Source of the DNA: a candidate division TM6 bacterium GW2011_GWF2_37_49
GTDB taxonomy: Bacteria; Babelota; Babeliae; Babelales; RVW-14
Direction of reading: 5' to 3'
Length of the DNA stretch: 64,000 nt
Assembly (NCBI GenBank): GCA_000989955.1
Contig: LBTE01000001.1
Coordinates: 206,615-270,614, forward strand
Numbering within the stretch: position 1 is the stretch's first letter; every line of letters starts with the position of its first letter. A program made the position numbers and the translations under genes. The notes below the pieces were generated by a model. That model did no database searches. It was given only the letters and a program-made list of their open reading frames with translations, and had not been told where the DNA came from. Below, one piece after another: positions 18,980 to 28,327 of this stretch.

Positions 18980-19939
18980 ATGAATAAATACATGAAGCTA
19001 TATTTACCGATTTTTTTTGCATTGCTATCTCTCACGTCTACGGGGAAGGCTTGGATTTTTGAAGCAGTAGTCCCAAGCTTTGATACATTTTATAAACTCG
19101 TAGAAATAACTGAAAATAAAGGTCTCACGTTGTGTTGTTGCGATTTAGATGATACGGTAATATCTTATCCTGACTATATTGGATCGGAAGCATGGTTTTC
19201 AGGCACATATAGCGCATTAAAGGCTGGTGGCGTTATTGATCCTATGCCAATTACATTTTGTACAGCAACAATAGCTCATCAACTTAATATTGATAAAGTG
19301 ATTCCAACTGAACCGAATGTTGTAAGCATTATTAATAGGATGAGAGCAGAATTGCAAATCAAATGCATAGCATTAACGTCAAGAACACACGCCTTATCTG
19401 AAATAACACAAAAACAACTAATAGCTATTGGGCTAACTTTTTGTTGTCCATGGCCAGGAGATGAAAAGCCTCTAAATATGGATAGAATTTGGAAGGCCGT
19501 ATTCAAGCCAAGCGATGGAAGTGTTTATTGTAGTGGAGGCAATAAAGGCGAAACTTTGGTAAGCCTTCTTAAACAAACAAATTGCATGATTGATGGTAAA
19601 AAAATTAACACAATAATCGTTATAGATAATGACCAAAGACATTTAATTAGAATTAAAGACGCCATAGCAAAGCACAATATTCCTGCAAATCTTATGCTAT
19701 TTACATATAAACCACACATACTCAATCAATCGCAAGCTAATCCAATCGCAGAAAAAGTAACAAATTTTTTGGTTGATATGGCTAAGCAATCACAAGATGC
19801 AATAATTAAAGATGCGTATGAAAAAGGAATAATACAAGGAAAAATTCAAGCCATCCGTGAAATATTAGCAACACCTTCCCGCAAAATTAATCACCGTACT
19901 CTATCAACGCCTAGCTTGCCAAACGTACAAGTAAACTAA
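18980..19939 (+). CDS. secreted HAD-superfamily-like hydrolase (DxDxT motif)
   Basis: Signal peptide; CDLDDTV matches HAD motif I. Confidence 0.35.
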   Translation: MNKYMKLYLPIFFALLSLTSTGKAWIFEAVVPSFDTFYKLVEITENKGLTLCCCDLDDTVISYPDYIGSEAWFSGTYSALKAGGVIDPMPITFCTATIAHQLNIDKVIPTEPNVVSIINRMRAELQIKCIALTSRTHALSEITQKQLIAIGLTFCCPWPGDEKPLNMDRIWKAVFKPSDGSVYCSGGNKGETLVSLLKQTNCMIDGKKINTIIVIDNDQRHLIRIKDAIAKHNIPANLMLFTYKPHILNQSQANPIAEKVTNFLVDMAKQSQDAIIKDAYEKGIIQGKIQAIREILATPSRKINHRTLSTPSLPNVQVN

Positions 19940-20082
19940 AATCCGCATATAATGGGCCATACATCAAGTATGCAATTCAAAAAGCACGCATGTATGAGCC
20001 CTGCCAGCAATTTAATAAATTTTTACTATCGGGCTGCAAGCATTGATCAGAAGCGGTCTGGCGAATAAAATTTTGTAAAATA
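19940..20082 (-). repeat. dispersed intergenic repeat, copy (minus orientation)
   Basis: gggccatacatcaagtatgcaattcaaaaagcacg...ctgcaagcattgatcagaagcggtctggcgaataaaattttgtaaaa; aligns to copies at 4040 and 60565. Confidence 0.55.
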
Positions 20083-20361
20083 GGTAACTATTCAGGTGCC
20101 TATCTTATACGAGAAATAAAGGCTTTTTTTAAAAATAGACGTGGTAAATTTCAAGCTGTTGCATATAACTTTTTGTAGCATGATTTTCGCATAATTTTAC
20201 TTAAGAACGCCTGCTAATGAGGGTTTCGGTGTTGTTTTCGTTGATGAAAAAATTAACTGAAATGAAATGTAAATCAGACAGGCGACTCAATCCAAAAAAC
20301 TTAAAAAGTGCTTTAAACAGGGCGTTTTGGTGTTTTGCGGATGGCACCTGAATAGTTACCT
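20082..20361. repeat. 19-bp perfect terminal inverted repeats enclosing 242 bp (MITE-like or regulatory cassette)
   Basis: aggtaactattcaggtgcc at 20082-20100 and its exact reverse complement ggcacctgaatagttacct at 20343-20361. Confidence 0.55.
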
Positions 20362-20523
20362 TTTTAGAGTAAAGTGGCATTGGTGTTTGGCGATATGAAA
20401 AGCTGTTACTATATTTCCAATTCTATTTTGCGAAAAAAAGGACTTTTTTTAATTGTGTTGACATATTATTAGCATATTTAAGTTTACTAATGTTATAAAT
20501 TATCATACAATGTCCGTCCTAAT

Positions 20524-21465
20524 ATGCTGAAGTTCAAGCTATATTTTAACAGAAACAATACATTTTTGGGAATGGTTTTTATGTGTCATAAAATATATAA
20601 ACAGTTTGTTAAGCTGCTTACATTGTTAATTTTTATTGGAGTTACTCCAAATGTTTGTTATTGCGCTGCGACAAAAATAATAGATAGTACGAGCGTTAGC
20701 ACTTTAATGGATAAACAGGAAGATATGGCGGTGCTAAAAAAATATCTTTCAGGTGCACTTATTGAAACAGATGCAGAACGCTTAATTGTACAAGTAGGTA
20801 TTTGTAATATTATAGGGCCTCTTTTTTGGGGATTGATTAAAGAGGATAAGTGTAATATTTACGATGATCATATTTATGATGTATTCATTACCGTGAATCC
20901 AACGATTATATCGCTACAAGATTATTGGTTGCGTTTTGTTGAACACTTACATTGTAACCGTAAATGTTTTATTTTGGCTTTAATTTTTATTGGTAGATTA
21001 ATGGAAATTGATGAAAAATTGTTTTTTAAATTGTTTTCAACTCATTATATTCATAAAACTTTTTTAGCCGCCGTGATGTTTGCATTTAAATGTAATATAG
21101 ATTGTAAAGCAGATTTTCAACATTGTGCAAAGGTTGGAGGAGTGCCTTCTGATCTATTAATGAAATTAGAATTACATTTTTTGCAAATATTAGACGGTAA
21201 ACTTTTTGTATCAGCAGAATATTGGCATGGTTTTATTGATTCTCTGTTTATATTAAATGAACAACAGTATAAAAAAATATGTCCTAATATATTTATAAAG
21301 GAATTAAATAAATCGAATGGCGATGAATTAACTAAAGAGTACTGTGCGGGAATATCATGTTTTCTTCGTATAAGGAACAATCAAATATTGTGTCCTCAAA
21401 AATACACCCTGGAAACAATAGTAGATTTCGATAAAATTAATTTGATCTTAGCGCCATTATTTTAA
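20524..21465 (+). CDS. secreted Pho85/P-type cyclin-box-like protein (paralog 1)
   Basis: Signal-peptide-like N-terminus; HCAKVGGVPSDLLMKLELHFLQILDGKLFVSAEYW closely resembles fungal/plant PCL cyclin box (AWAKVGGIS..ELN.LE..FL.LLDF.L.VS.EEY). Confidence 0.55.
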   Translation: MLKFKLYFNRNNTFLGMVFMCHKIYKQFVKLLTLLIFIGVTPNVCYCAATKIIDSTSVSTLMDKQEDMAVLKKYLSGALIETDAERLIVQVGICNIIGPLFWGLIKEDKCNIYDDHIYDVFITVNPTIISLQDYWLRFVEHLHCNRKCFILALIFIGRLMEIDEKLFFKLFSTHYIHKTFLAAVMFAFKCNIDCKADFQHCAKVGGVPSDLLMKLELHFLQILDGKLFVSAEYWHGFIDSLFILNEQQYKKICPNIFIKELNKSNGDELTKEYCAGISCFLRIRNNQILCPQKYTLETIVDFDKINLILAPLF

Positions 21466-21491
21466 GCAGTGTTTTTATTGAAAGGATTTCA

Positions 21492-22334
21492 ATGTTTTAT
21501 AAAAAAATTAAATTATTTGTAGCTATAGTTTTAATTGGAGCGTCAACAAATGTTTGTCATAGCGCTGCGTTACCAACAACAGAATTGCCAAGCATATCAT
21601 TTGATACTGTTAAATCATTAGTTTTGATGCTGGTTGGCAAAGAATATAAGCGAGTTAACCTAGATAGTGTTCAAGAAGATTTTAAGATATTTTTTGGGAT
21701 TGGTGCAATATCTTCGTTATTAACCCCAGAATATTATTTAAAACGATTAATTACCTATTTACATGCCTGTCCAGAGTGTTTTGTATGTGCTTCAATATAT
21801 ATGCTTAAGATATTTAAAAAAGCTCCCGATTTATGCAATAGCATCTCTTTTTATCGCTTATCCTTGGCTGCATTGGTTATTGCTATTAAATACTTACAAG
21901 ATAACTACTACTCAATGTCTTATTATGCAGGAATTGGAGGAATTGATGTTAATGAGCTTGGCAATCTTGAGTTGCGAGTGTTACAACTTTTAGATTATGA
22001 CATTTCAATATCGCGTGAATATTGGCAAGGATTTACCGATTCTATTTTTAAGCTGTATTCGCTTGAAAATTTGTTTGGTAATACTATTGTGAGAATTCAC
22101 ATAGAAGATGCTAAAAAAAAGCAGGATTATATTGATGGCGTTATTGATTTTGTTTATGTTTTTAATGTAGTACAGCATGACAATCCAAGAAAATATATGT
22201 TTAGTTGCTGTGACGTTGACAAAGTAGGGGTCAATTTGATTATTAGGCCTCTAACTTTTGAAGAGTCCAAAAATATTGCAGATGAAAATGTACGAGCCAA
22301 GATTCTTCAAGAAATGTATGCAGAATTAGAGTGA
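21492..22334 (+). CDS. secreted Pho85/P-type cyclin-box-like protein (paralog 2)
   Basis: Paralogous to 20524..21465 (shared CF[IV]..., YW.GF.DS.F motifs); LSLAALVIAIKYLQDNYYSMSYYAGIGGIDVNELGNLELRVLQLLDYDISISREYW cyclin-box-like. Confidence 0.55.
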   Translation: MFYKKIKLFVAIVLIGASTNVCHSAALPTTELPSISFDTVKSLVLMLVGKEYKRVNLDSVQEDFKIFFGIGAISSLLTPEYYLKRLITYLHACPECFVCASIYMLKIFKKAPDLCNSISFYRLSLAALVIAIKYLQDNYYSMSYYAGIGGIDVNELGNLELRVLQLLDYDISISREYWQGFTDSIFKLYSLENLFGNTIVRIHIEDAKKKQDYIDGVIDFVYVFNVVQHDNPRKYMFSCCDVDKVGVNLIIRPLTFEESKNIADENVRAKILQEMYAELE

Positions 22335-22388
22335 AACTTTGCTTTGCCTAATTTATAAAGATTAGCTAATCTGAAGATCGGTTTTCAT

Positions 22389-23048
22389 TTGTTTAGTCTT
22401 TATAAATTAGGCAAAATTGATATGGTGAAAATAAAAAACAGTATAGTTTTTGTTATATTTTTATTTTTTACACCAATTGTGGCCATAGATCCGTTTTCTA
22501 AGATTTTGATCACAAGTGAGAAAGCTGTTTGTAAAAAAGACGACTCTGCTAAAAATGTTTTTCTATTTAATTATTTAGGCAACGTTGTTGTTACGCTTGC
22601 AGATGGCAGCAAAATTACTGCCAAATCGCTTGAAATAACGCTTGACGGCAAGGGAATAAAAGTTTTCGATGGTGCTGCAAGCAAGCCATTCAAGCATAAA
22701 AAGGGAAAACACAAAAATAAATCCGATAAAAATACTTCACATGTCAAAAAAATTATCTTTAAAAATAATGTAAAAATTTTTAATAATAATCGCCAAGCAT
22801 CATCTGATTCGGCTGAAATAGATATGCAGGAAAACACTTGCAAGCTTATTGGCAATGTAAAAATTATTCAAAATAAAACATCTGAAAAAAAAGACATTCC
22901 TCTAAATATTCAAAGCAGTTGCGCGCTTATAAATTTGAAAACATCTGAAATTACATTGCTTGGCAGCAGCAAAGATCCAGTCAGCACGATAGTTGAGCTT
23001 GGCAAAGAAATTTTGTCGCCTGGTCGAAAGAATTCTAAAAATGAATAA
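22389..23048 (+). CDS. periplasmic LptA/OstA-N-like protein
   Basis: Signal peptide; repeated GNV-x-V/I beta-strand pattern resembling LptA; overlaps mutL start by 8 nt. Confidence 0.35.
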   Translation: MFSLYKLGKIDMVKIKNSIVFVIFLFFTPIVAIDPFSKILITSEKAVCKKDDSAKNVFLFNYLGNVVVTLADGSKITAKSLEITLDGKGIKVFDGAASKPFKHKKGKHKNKSDKNTSHVKKIIFKNNVKIFNNNRQASSDSAEIDMQENTCKLIGNVKIIQNKTSEKKDIPLNIQSSCALINLKTSEITLLGSSKDPVSTIVELGKEILSPGRKNSKNE

Positions 23049-24921
23049 AATCAAGGTACTGCAAGCTGATCAAGCGCAAAAAATTGCTGCTGGTGAAGTT
23101 ATTGAACGACCGTCTAACGTCATCAAAGAAATTATAGAAAACTCGATTGATGCTGGCGCAACGCAGATTTCTCTTTTTATTGAAGATACTGGCAAAAATT
23201 TGATTCGTGTTGTTGATAATGGCTGCGGCATGACGTCAGACGATGCACAAATGTGTTTTTTGCCGCATGCAACGAGTAAAATTACTTCGATGGATGAGCT
23301 CGAAAATATTGATTCATTCGGGTTTCGCGGTGAGGCTTTAGCCAGTATTTCAGCGGTAAGTCGTGTAACGCTTATTACAAAATTAAACCGGCTGCAAGAC
23401 TCTGATGCAGGAATAAAAGTTGAATTTGTCGATGGCAAGGTTCGCGACGTTCAGCCAGCTTCATGCAATGTTGGCACTGATATTTCGATACACAGCCTAT
23501 TTTATAATGTTCCTGTTCGAAAAAAGTTTTTAAAACAGGACGAAACTGAATGGAACCTGATTCAGTCGATATTTCACGCGTTTTGCTTGAGCCACACAGC
23601 TATCCATTTCAAGCTATTCCGCGATGATAAAATGGTTTTAAATGCACCAACTGTAACCGATATAAAAACACGAGTATCACAAATTTGGGGCAACAACATA
23701 TCTCAAAATTTACTTGAATTGACCCCAAAAAAACATGCTGAAAACTGGCTTGATTTTTATGGCTACATATCCAACCACAATTTTTGGCGGTACGGCAGAA
23801 CCCATATATTTTTCTTTGTTAATAATCGATGGATCAAAAACTCTGAGCTATCAAAGGCCTTACTCAAAGGATATTTAAACGTTTTACCTCCGGCAAAGTT
23901 TCCAGCAGCTTTTATTTTTGCAACGGTAGACAAAACGTTTGTTGATGTAAACTGTCACCCCAAAAAAGAAGAGGTGCGCTTTCTAAAACCTGCAACTGTT
24001 CAGGCACGGCTGCAAGAAGTCGTTAAAGCTACCCTTGAAATCAATATTTCAGCTCAACTGTCTCCTCAAAAAACAGTATCTATTTTTGAGGAGACGCCCA
24101 CAAATTTTGAATACAAAGACCAATATTTTGTAGAAAAATCTTTCGCAAGTGGACTAAATATTCAACAACCAAATTTTACTGAAAATAAAAGCAAATTTTA
24201 TCATAACAACGATGCCGCTGATTCAGATTTTATTAGTCCATTAATAAAAATAAATTCAGTTTTGCAATATAAAGAAAGCGTAGTCAATCAGACTCAAGAC
24301 GATATCGATTTTGGCAGAGATCAAAGCATCAATCAAGACTACTATAATTTCAAAATAATAGGGCAGCTATTTAACACATACATCGTGCTTGAAAATGGCG
24401 ATGATTTGATAATAATCGATCAGCACGCGGCTCACGAGCGAATTTTGTATGAAAAAATGCTTAAAAACTTTGAGCGAAAAGATGGCGTACGATTGATGTT
24501 TCCAGAAATTTTAAAATTGACTGAGCATCAAATAAATCTACTGCTCGAGCATCAAGATTTTTTGAACAATCAAGGCATTGAGTTTGACGTGTTTGGCAAA
24601 AGCGAAATATCCATAAAATCTGGGCCGGTTGCGTTGGTCAAGGCCTCGTTACAAGAATTGATTTTGGAGATAGTCAATTTCATTGATGAAAACGAGGAGA
24701 TGGATAACGATGTGTTTCGCAAAAAGCTGAACGAACACACTCATTCACATCTTGCTTGTAAATCAGCTATCAAAGCAGGAGATGAGCTATCAGTTTTGCA
24801 GATGCAAAACTTGGTACAGGAGCTGCAAAAAACAAACAACCGCTTCATCTGCGTGCACGGCCGACCAACAACTTGGACAATTAAAAGGCCAGACCTGGAA
24901 AAAAACTTTAAAAGAAGATAA
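23041..24921 (+). CDS. mutL: DNA mismatch repair protein MutL
   Basis: N-terminal GHKL ATPase motifs QKIAAGEVIERPSNVIKEIIENSIDAGA; start taken at MNKIKVL (atgaataa overlap with upstream stop). Confidence 0.85.
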   Translation: MNKIKVLQADQAQKIAAGEVIERPSNVIKEIIENSIDAGATQISLFIEDTGKNLIRVVDNGCGMTSDDAQMCFLPHATSKITSMDELENIDSFGFRGEALASISAVSRVTLITKLNRLQDSDAGIKVEFVDGKVRDVQPASCNVGTDISIHSLFYNVPVRKKFLKQDETEWNLIQSIFHAFCLSHTAIHFKLFRDDKMVLNAPTVTDIKTRVSQIWGNNISQNLLELTPKKHAENWLDFYGYISNHNFWRYGRTHIFFFVNNRWIKNSELSKALLKGYLNVLPPAKFPAAFIFATVDKTFVDVNCHPKKEEVRFLKPATVQARLQEVVKATLEINISAQLSPQKTVSIFEETPTNFEYKDQYFVEKSFASGLNIQQPNFTENKSKFYHNNDAADSDFISPLIKINSVLQYKESVVNQTQDDIDFGRDQSINQDYYNFKIIGQLFNTYIVLENGDDLIIIDQHAAHERILYEKMLKNFERKDGVRLMFPEILKLTEHQINLLLEHQDFLNNQGIEFDVFGKSEISIKSGPVALVKASLQELILEIVNFIDENEEMDNDVFRKKLNEHTHSHLACKSAIKAGDELSVLQMQNLVQELQKTNNRFICVHGRPTTWTIKRPDLEKNFKRR

Positions 24922-24959
24922 TCAAATTAAAAAGACAAGAATTTAAAAATGCTGTCGAT

Positions 24960-25140
24960 ATGTTAACCAAATCCGCGATTACAACGGTTATACATTGACC
25001 ATAGCTCTATAAAACACCATGCCTGTCGGCTTTGTCAGTAATATTGCAAATTTTTAGATGCGGCCTGCTAGCATCGATCTAATCGTGGATTTCATGCAAA
25101 AAAAATGAAAATAAGCAAAAGTGGTAACTCGAAATTTTGA
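24960..25140 (-). repeat. dispersed intergenic repeat copy 3' of mutL
   Basis: ccaaatccgcgattacaacgg...atacattgacc...tttttagatgcggcctgctagcatcgat. Confidence 0.65.
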
Positions 25141-25305
25141 GTAGGGAATTTTATTTTTTGATTATTGCCAAACAGTATCTATTTTAATAATTGATATACC
25201 AAAACCATGTTGAATTCATGCAAAACATACCATCGAATTGCCTTTTTCGTGAAAAAGCGCTACAGTGCACTAATTCATTTGACCTAACAATAAATAACGA
25301 AAAAT

Positions 25306-25953
25306 TTGGGAGGCTGCATGTTTTTTAATACAATCTCTTATCTTAAAGAAAGACCGGATCTTATTTTTTGGGCCTGTGCGTTATTTGGCTCGGTCATTTT
25401 TGTTTTGCGTATGCTGACATCTTTTTTTATGCACTCAGGTGATGATGATTTTAATTGTGATGCATCGTGTGGTCATGACGGTGTGCATGATGGCCTTGAT
25501 TCGCATGATTCGATTGAGCATAATAATTTTTTATCTTCATTTAATTTTTTCACAATGCATTCAGTTGCCGGTTTTTTTATGATGTTTGGTTGGACTGGAC
25601 TTGCATGCTTTAAGCAGCTTGAGTGTGGACATTTAAAATCAATGATGGTTGCCTTTACTGTTGGCATAATTACCATGTTTTTGACAGCACTTATATTTAA
25701 AGGTGCAAAATTGCTTGTTAGTCCTGGTTCTTGCATTGATACTAAAAAAATGCTTGGACTTGTCGGAACTGTTTATAATAATATTCCCAAAAATGGATTG
25801 GGTAAAATTCAAATCGACGTGGACGGTGTGACACGCGAAGTTCTTGCCAGATCGCTTAATAACTCTGAGATAGAATCATTTAAGCTTGTTAAGGTTGTAC
25901 AGATTCTTGATCATGAAGTTGTCGTAGTCAAAGAAATTAACTCATCAAACTAA
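25306..25953 (+). CDS. NfeD/YqiJ-like membrane protein (C-terminal OB-fold)
   Basis: N-terminal TM helices, C-terminal beta-rich segment GKIQIDVDGVTREVLARS; immediately upstream of flotillin-like gene. Confidence 0.5.
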   Translation: MGGCMFFNTISYLKERPDLIFWACALFGSVIFVLRMLTSFFMHSGDDDFNCDASCGHDGVHDGLDSHDSIEHNNFLSSFNFFTMHSVAGFFMMFGWTGLACFKQLECGHLKSMMVAFTVGIITMFLTALIFKGAKLLVSPGSCIDTKKMLGLVGTVYNNIPKNGLGKIQIDVDGVTREVLARSLNNSEIESFKLVKVVQILDHEVVVVKEINSSN

Positions 25954-25982
25954 GGATTGTAATATCATTTGCGTCTGTATCG

Positions 25983-27329
25983 TTGGCGGTATTTATATTT
26001 TTTACATTCATGTTTTTAGCAAGTTGCTACAAGCGTTGCCCTTCAAACAAAATATTGGCAGTATTTGGAAAAGTAAGCGGTGGAAAATCGGTCAAGTGTT
26101 ATCACGGTGGTGGTGCCTTTATTTTGCCACTTATTCAGGATTATACTTATCTAGATTTAACACCAATGACTCTACATATTCCTCTTAAATCGGCCCTTTC
26201 GCAGCAAAACATACGTATTAATGTACCGAGTACCTTTACTGTCGCCATTGATACAACGCCTGAGGCCATGAACAATGCATCAGTAAGGCTTTTGACGTTG
26301 TCACGTGAGCAAATCGAGATGATGGCAATCGAAATGATCATTGGTCAATTACGCTTAACAGTCGCATCTTTGAGAATTGAAGAAATTAATCAAGACAGAG
26401 AGCGTTTTTTATTGGAATGCAGAAAACATATTGAGCTAGAGCTTAAAAAAATTGGCCTAATGCTTTTAAACGTTAACATAACAGATATTACCGATGAATC
26501 CGGATATATCGAAAGCATCGGCCGAAAATCAATTTCAACTGCGTTAAACCAGGCAAAGGTTGACGTTGCAAATCAAGAAAAAACTGGTGAAAGTGGAAAA
26601 GCTGCTGCTGAAAAAGAGCGCAGAATTCAAGTCGCAACGTACAATGCCGATGCTGTTCAGGGTGAAAATGAAGCAAAGGCAAAGATTGCAAATGTAAATG
26701 CACAGCTGCTCGAGCAAGAGGCAGATGCTGCTAGACGAGGACAAATTGCACAACAAAATTCTTATGCTGAAATTAACAAAGCAAAAAGCTTGGCGGAACT
26801 TCAACGTCTTGAAGCAGAAGAGATTGTGCCAAAAGAAATAGAAAAAAGAAAAATCGAGATTGCGGCTGCAGCGGATGCTTCAAAGCAGCGACTAGAAGCT
26901 GAAGGTAAGGCAGCGGCCATTTTAAGCATAAAAGAGGCCGAAGCCGAGGGTACTCGCAAAGTGTTGGCAGCAAAAGCCGAAGGTTATAAGTTACTTGTTC
27001 AGGCTTGCGCAAACAATAGTCAGGATGCTGCAACAATGCTTATGATTGAAAAGCTTGAAGAGATAGCTAAGCTGCAGGCAGAAGCAATCAAAAATATTAA
27101 AATTGATAAAATTACGGTATGGGACAGTGGCAATTCAAGCAATGGCAACAGTTCAACTGCCAATTTTGTTAGCAGCATGGTAAAGGCACTTCCTCCATTG
27201 CATGAAATTGCAGCGATGACTGGTGTAAATTTGCCAAATTATTTGGGTGATTTGCAAAAACACAATGCGGCGACGACTGCTGTGCCGGCTTCAGAGGAAA
27301 ATAATAAATCATCTAAAATTTCTAAGTAA
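25983..27329 (+). CDS. SPFH/band-7 flotillin-like protein (YqiK/FloT-like)
   Basis: N-terminal TM + SPFH domain, long Ala/Glu/Lys-rich coiled coil (EA-repeat region). Confidence 0.6.
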   Translation: MAVFIFFTFMFLASCYKRCPSNKILAVFGKVSGGKSVKCYHGGGAFILPLIQDYTYLDLTPMTLHIPLKSALSQQNIRINVPSTFTVAIDTTPEAMNNASVRLLTLSREQIEMMAIEMIIGQLRLTVASLRIEEINQDRERFLLECRKHIELELKKIGLMLLNVNITDITDESGYIESIGRKSISTALNQAKVDVANQEKTGESGKAAAEKERRIQVATYNADAVQGENEAKAKIANVNAQLLEQEADAARRGQIAQQNSYAEINKAKSLAELQRLEAEEIVPKEIEKRKIEIAAAADASKQRLEAEGKAAAILSIKEAEAEGTRKVLAAKAEGYKLLVQACANNSQDAATMLMIEKLEEIAKLQAEAIKNIKIDKITVWDSGNSSNGNSSTANFVSSMVKALPPLHEIAAMTGVNLPNYLGDLQKHNAATTAVPASEENNKSSKISK

Positions 27330-27344
27330 AATCAAAAACTGAGG

Positions 27345-27570
27345 TTAGCCAAATCTGCGATTGCAACGACAATACATTCGCTACATCTCTATAAAGTATT
27401 GAGTAAGTGGGCTCTATTAATAAATTAACAAATTTTATAATACGGCCCGATTGCACAGATCAGATCTTGGTTTTCAAGTAAAAAAATAGACAATTTTTTC
27501 AAACGTATCTGAAATCCAGCATCAGATCAATGTCCGTAGGCCGCACCTAAAAATTCATCAACCTGCTGAG
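27345..27570. repeat. dispersed intergenic repeat copies (two partial, opposite orientations)
   Basis: agccaaatctgcgattgcaacgacaatacattcgc (matches 24960 segment) and atcaatgtccgtaggccgcacctaaaaattcatcaacc (core). Confidence 0.55.
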
Positions 27571-27676
27571 AATGCGCAAGCAATCGAGTATTTAGAGGTT
27601 GATGATTGATGTATAACAGTAAACATGATGGTTTTGGCGAGGAGCGCTTGCGTTAATAGATTTAATTTTTTGTACT

Positions 27677-27704
27677 TGGATATTTAATGGCATCGAGCTA
27701 TTAT
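27677..27704 (+). promoter_or_regulatory. candidate sigma70-like promoter (TTGGAT-N16-TATTAT)
   Basis: Located ~35 nt upstream of CDS 27736..28293. Confidence 0.2.
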
Positions 27705-27735
27705 TATTTAAGTTTTTTAACCAAATTTTCGGGAG

Positions 27736-28293
27736 ATGTACATGTTTTTTATTATTCCAGCGATGTTTACGGCTTTGGCAGCCTTTTTTAACATGCAAAC
27801 TTCTATTGTGTTGATTGCATCATTTTTTATTATAAAAAAGCTTGTATTTGGGGGTATATTTTTGACTTGTGGTTTGCCAACGTTAGCTGGTGCTGCAACA
27901 TTTGCATTGATTCAAAACGATGCGTCGAACTCGGATAAATATTTTAGCATAGTTTTACGCCTTTTGCTGCCTCTGACTTGCATGCTTTTATTCATCTTTC
28001 ATCCGATTGCGGGTTCGGCATTTTTATATTCATTTTATTGGTTCATTCCAATGATTTTATATTTTGTAAAATCTAAAAATGTTTTTATAGCATCACTGAG
28101 TTCCACATTTGTCGCTCATGCTGTTGGCAGCATATTATATCTTTATTCTACAAATATGGCTGATAGTCAATGGCTAGCATTAATCCCAGTTGTTGCATTT
28201 GAACGATTTGTAGCGGCTTTTGGCATTGCATTGTTTTATGTGACTATTAAAGGCATTGTTGTCTTGTGTGTTAATAAGTATTTACGCAATTAA
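27736..28293 (+). CDS. hypothetical polytopic membrane protein
   Basis: 185 aa, 5-6 hydrophobic helices. Confidence 0.4.
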   Translation: MYMFFIIPAMFTALAAFFNMQTSIVLIASFFIIKKLVFGGIFLTCGLPTLAGAATFALIQNDASNSDKYFSIVLRLLLPLTCMLLFIFHPIAGSAFLYSFYWFIPMILYFVKSKNVFIASLSSTFVAHAVGSILYLYSTNMADSQWLALIPVVAFERFVAAFGIALFYVTIKGIVVLCVNKYLRN

Positions 28294-28327
28294 TATTGCT
28301 TGGTGTTAAAAGAGATTTAGGAGATCT

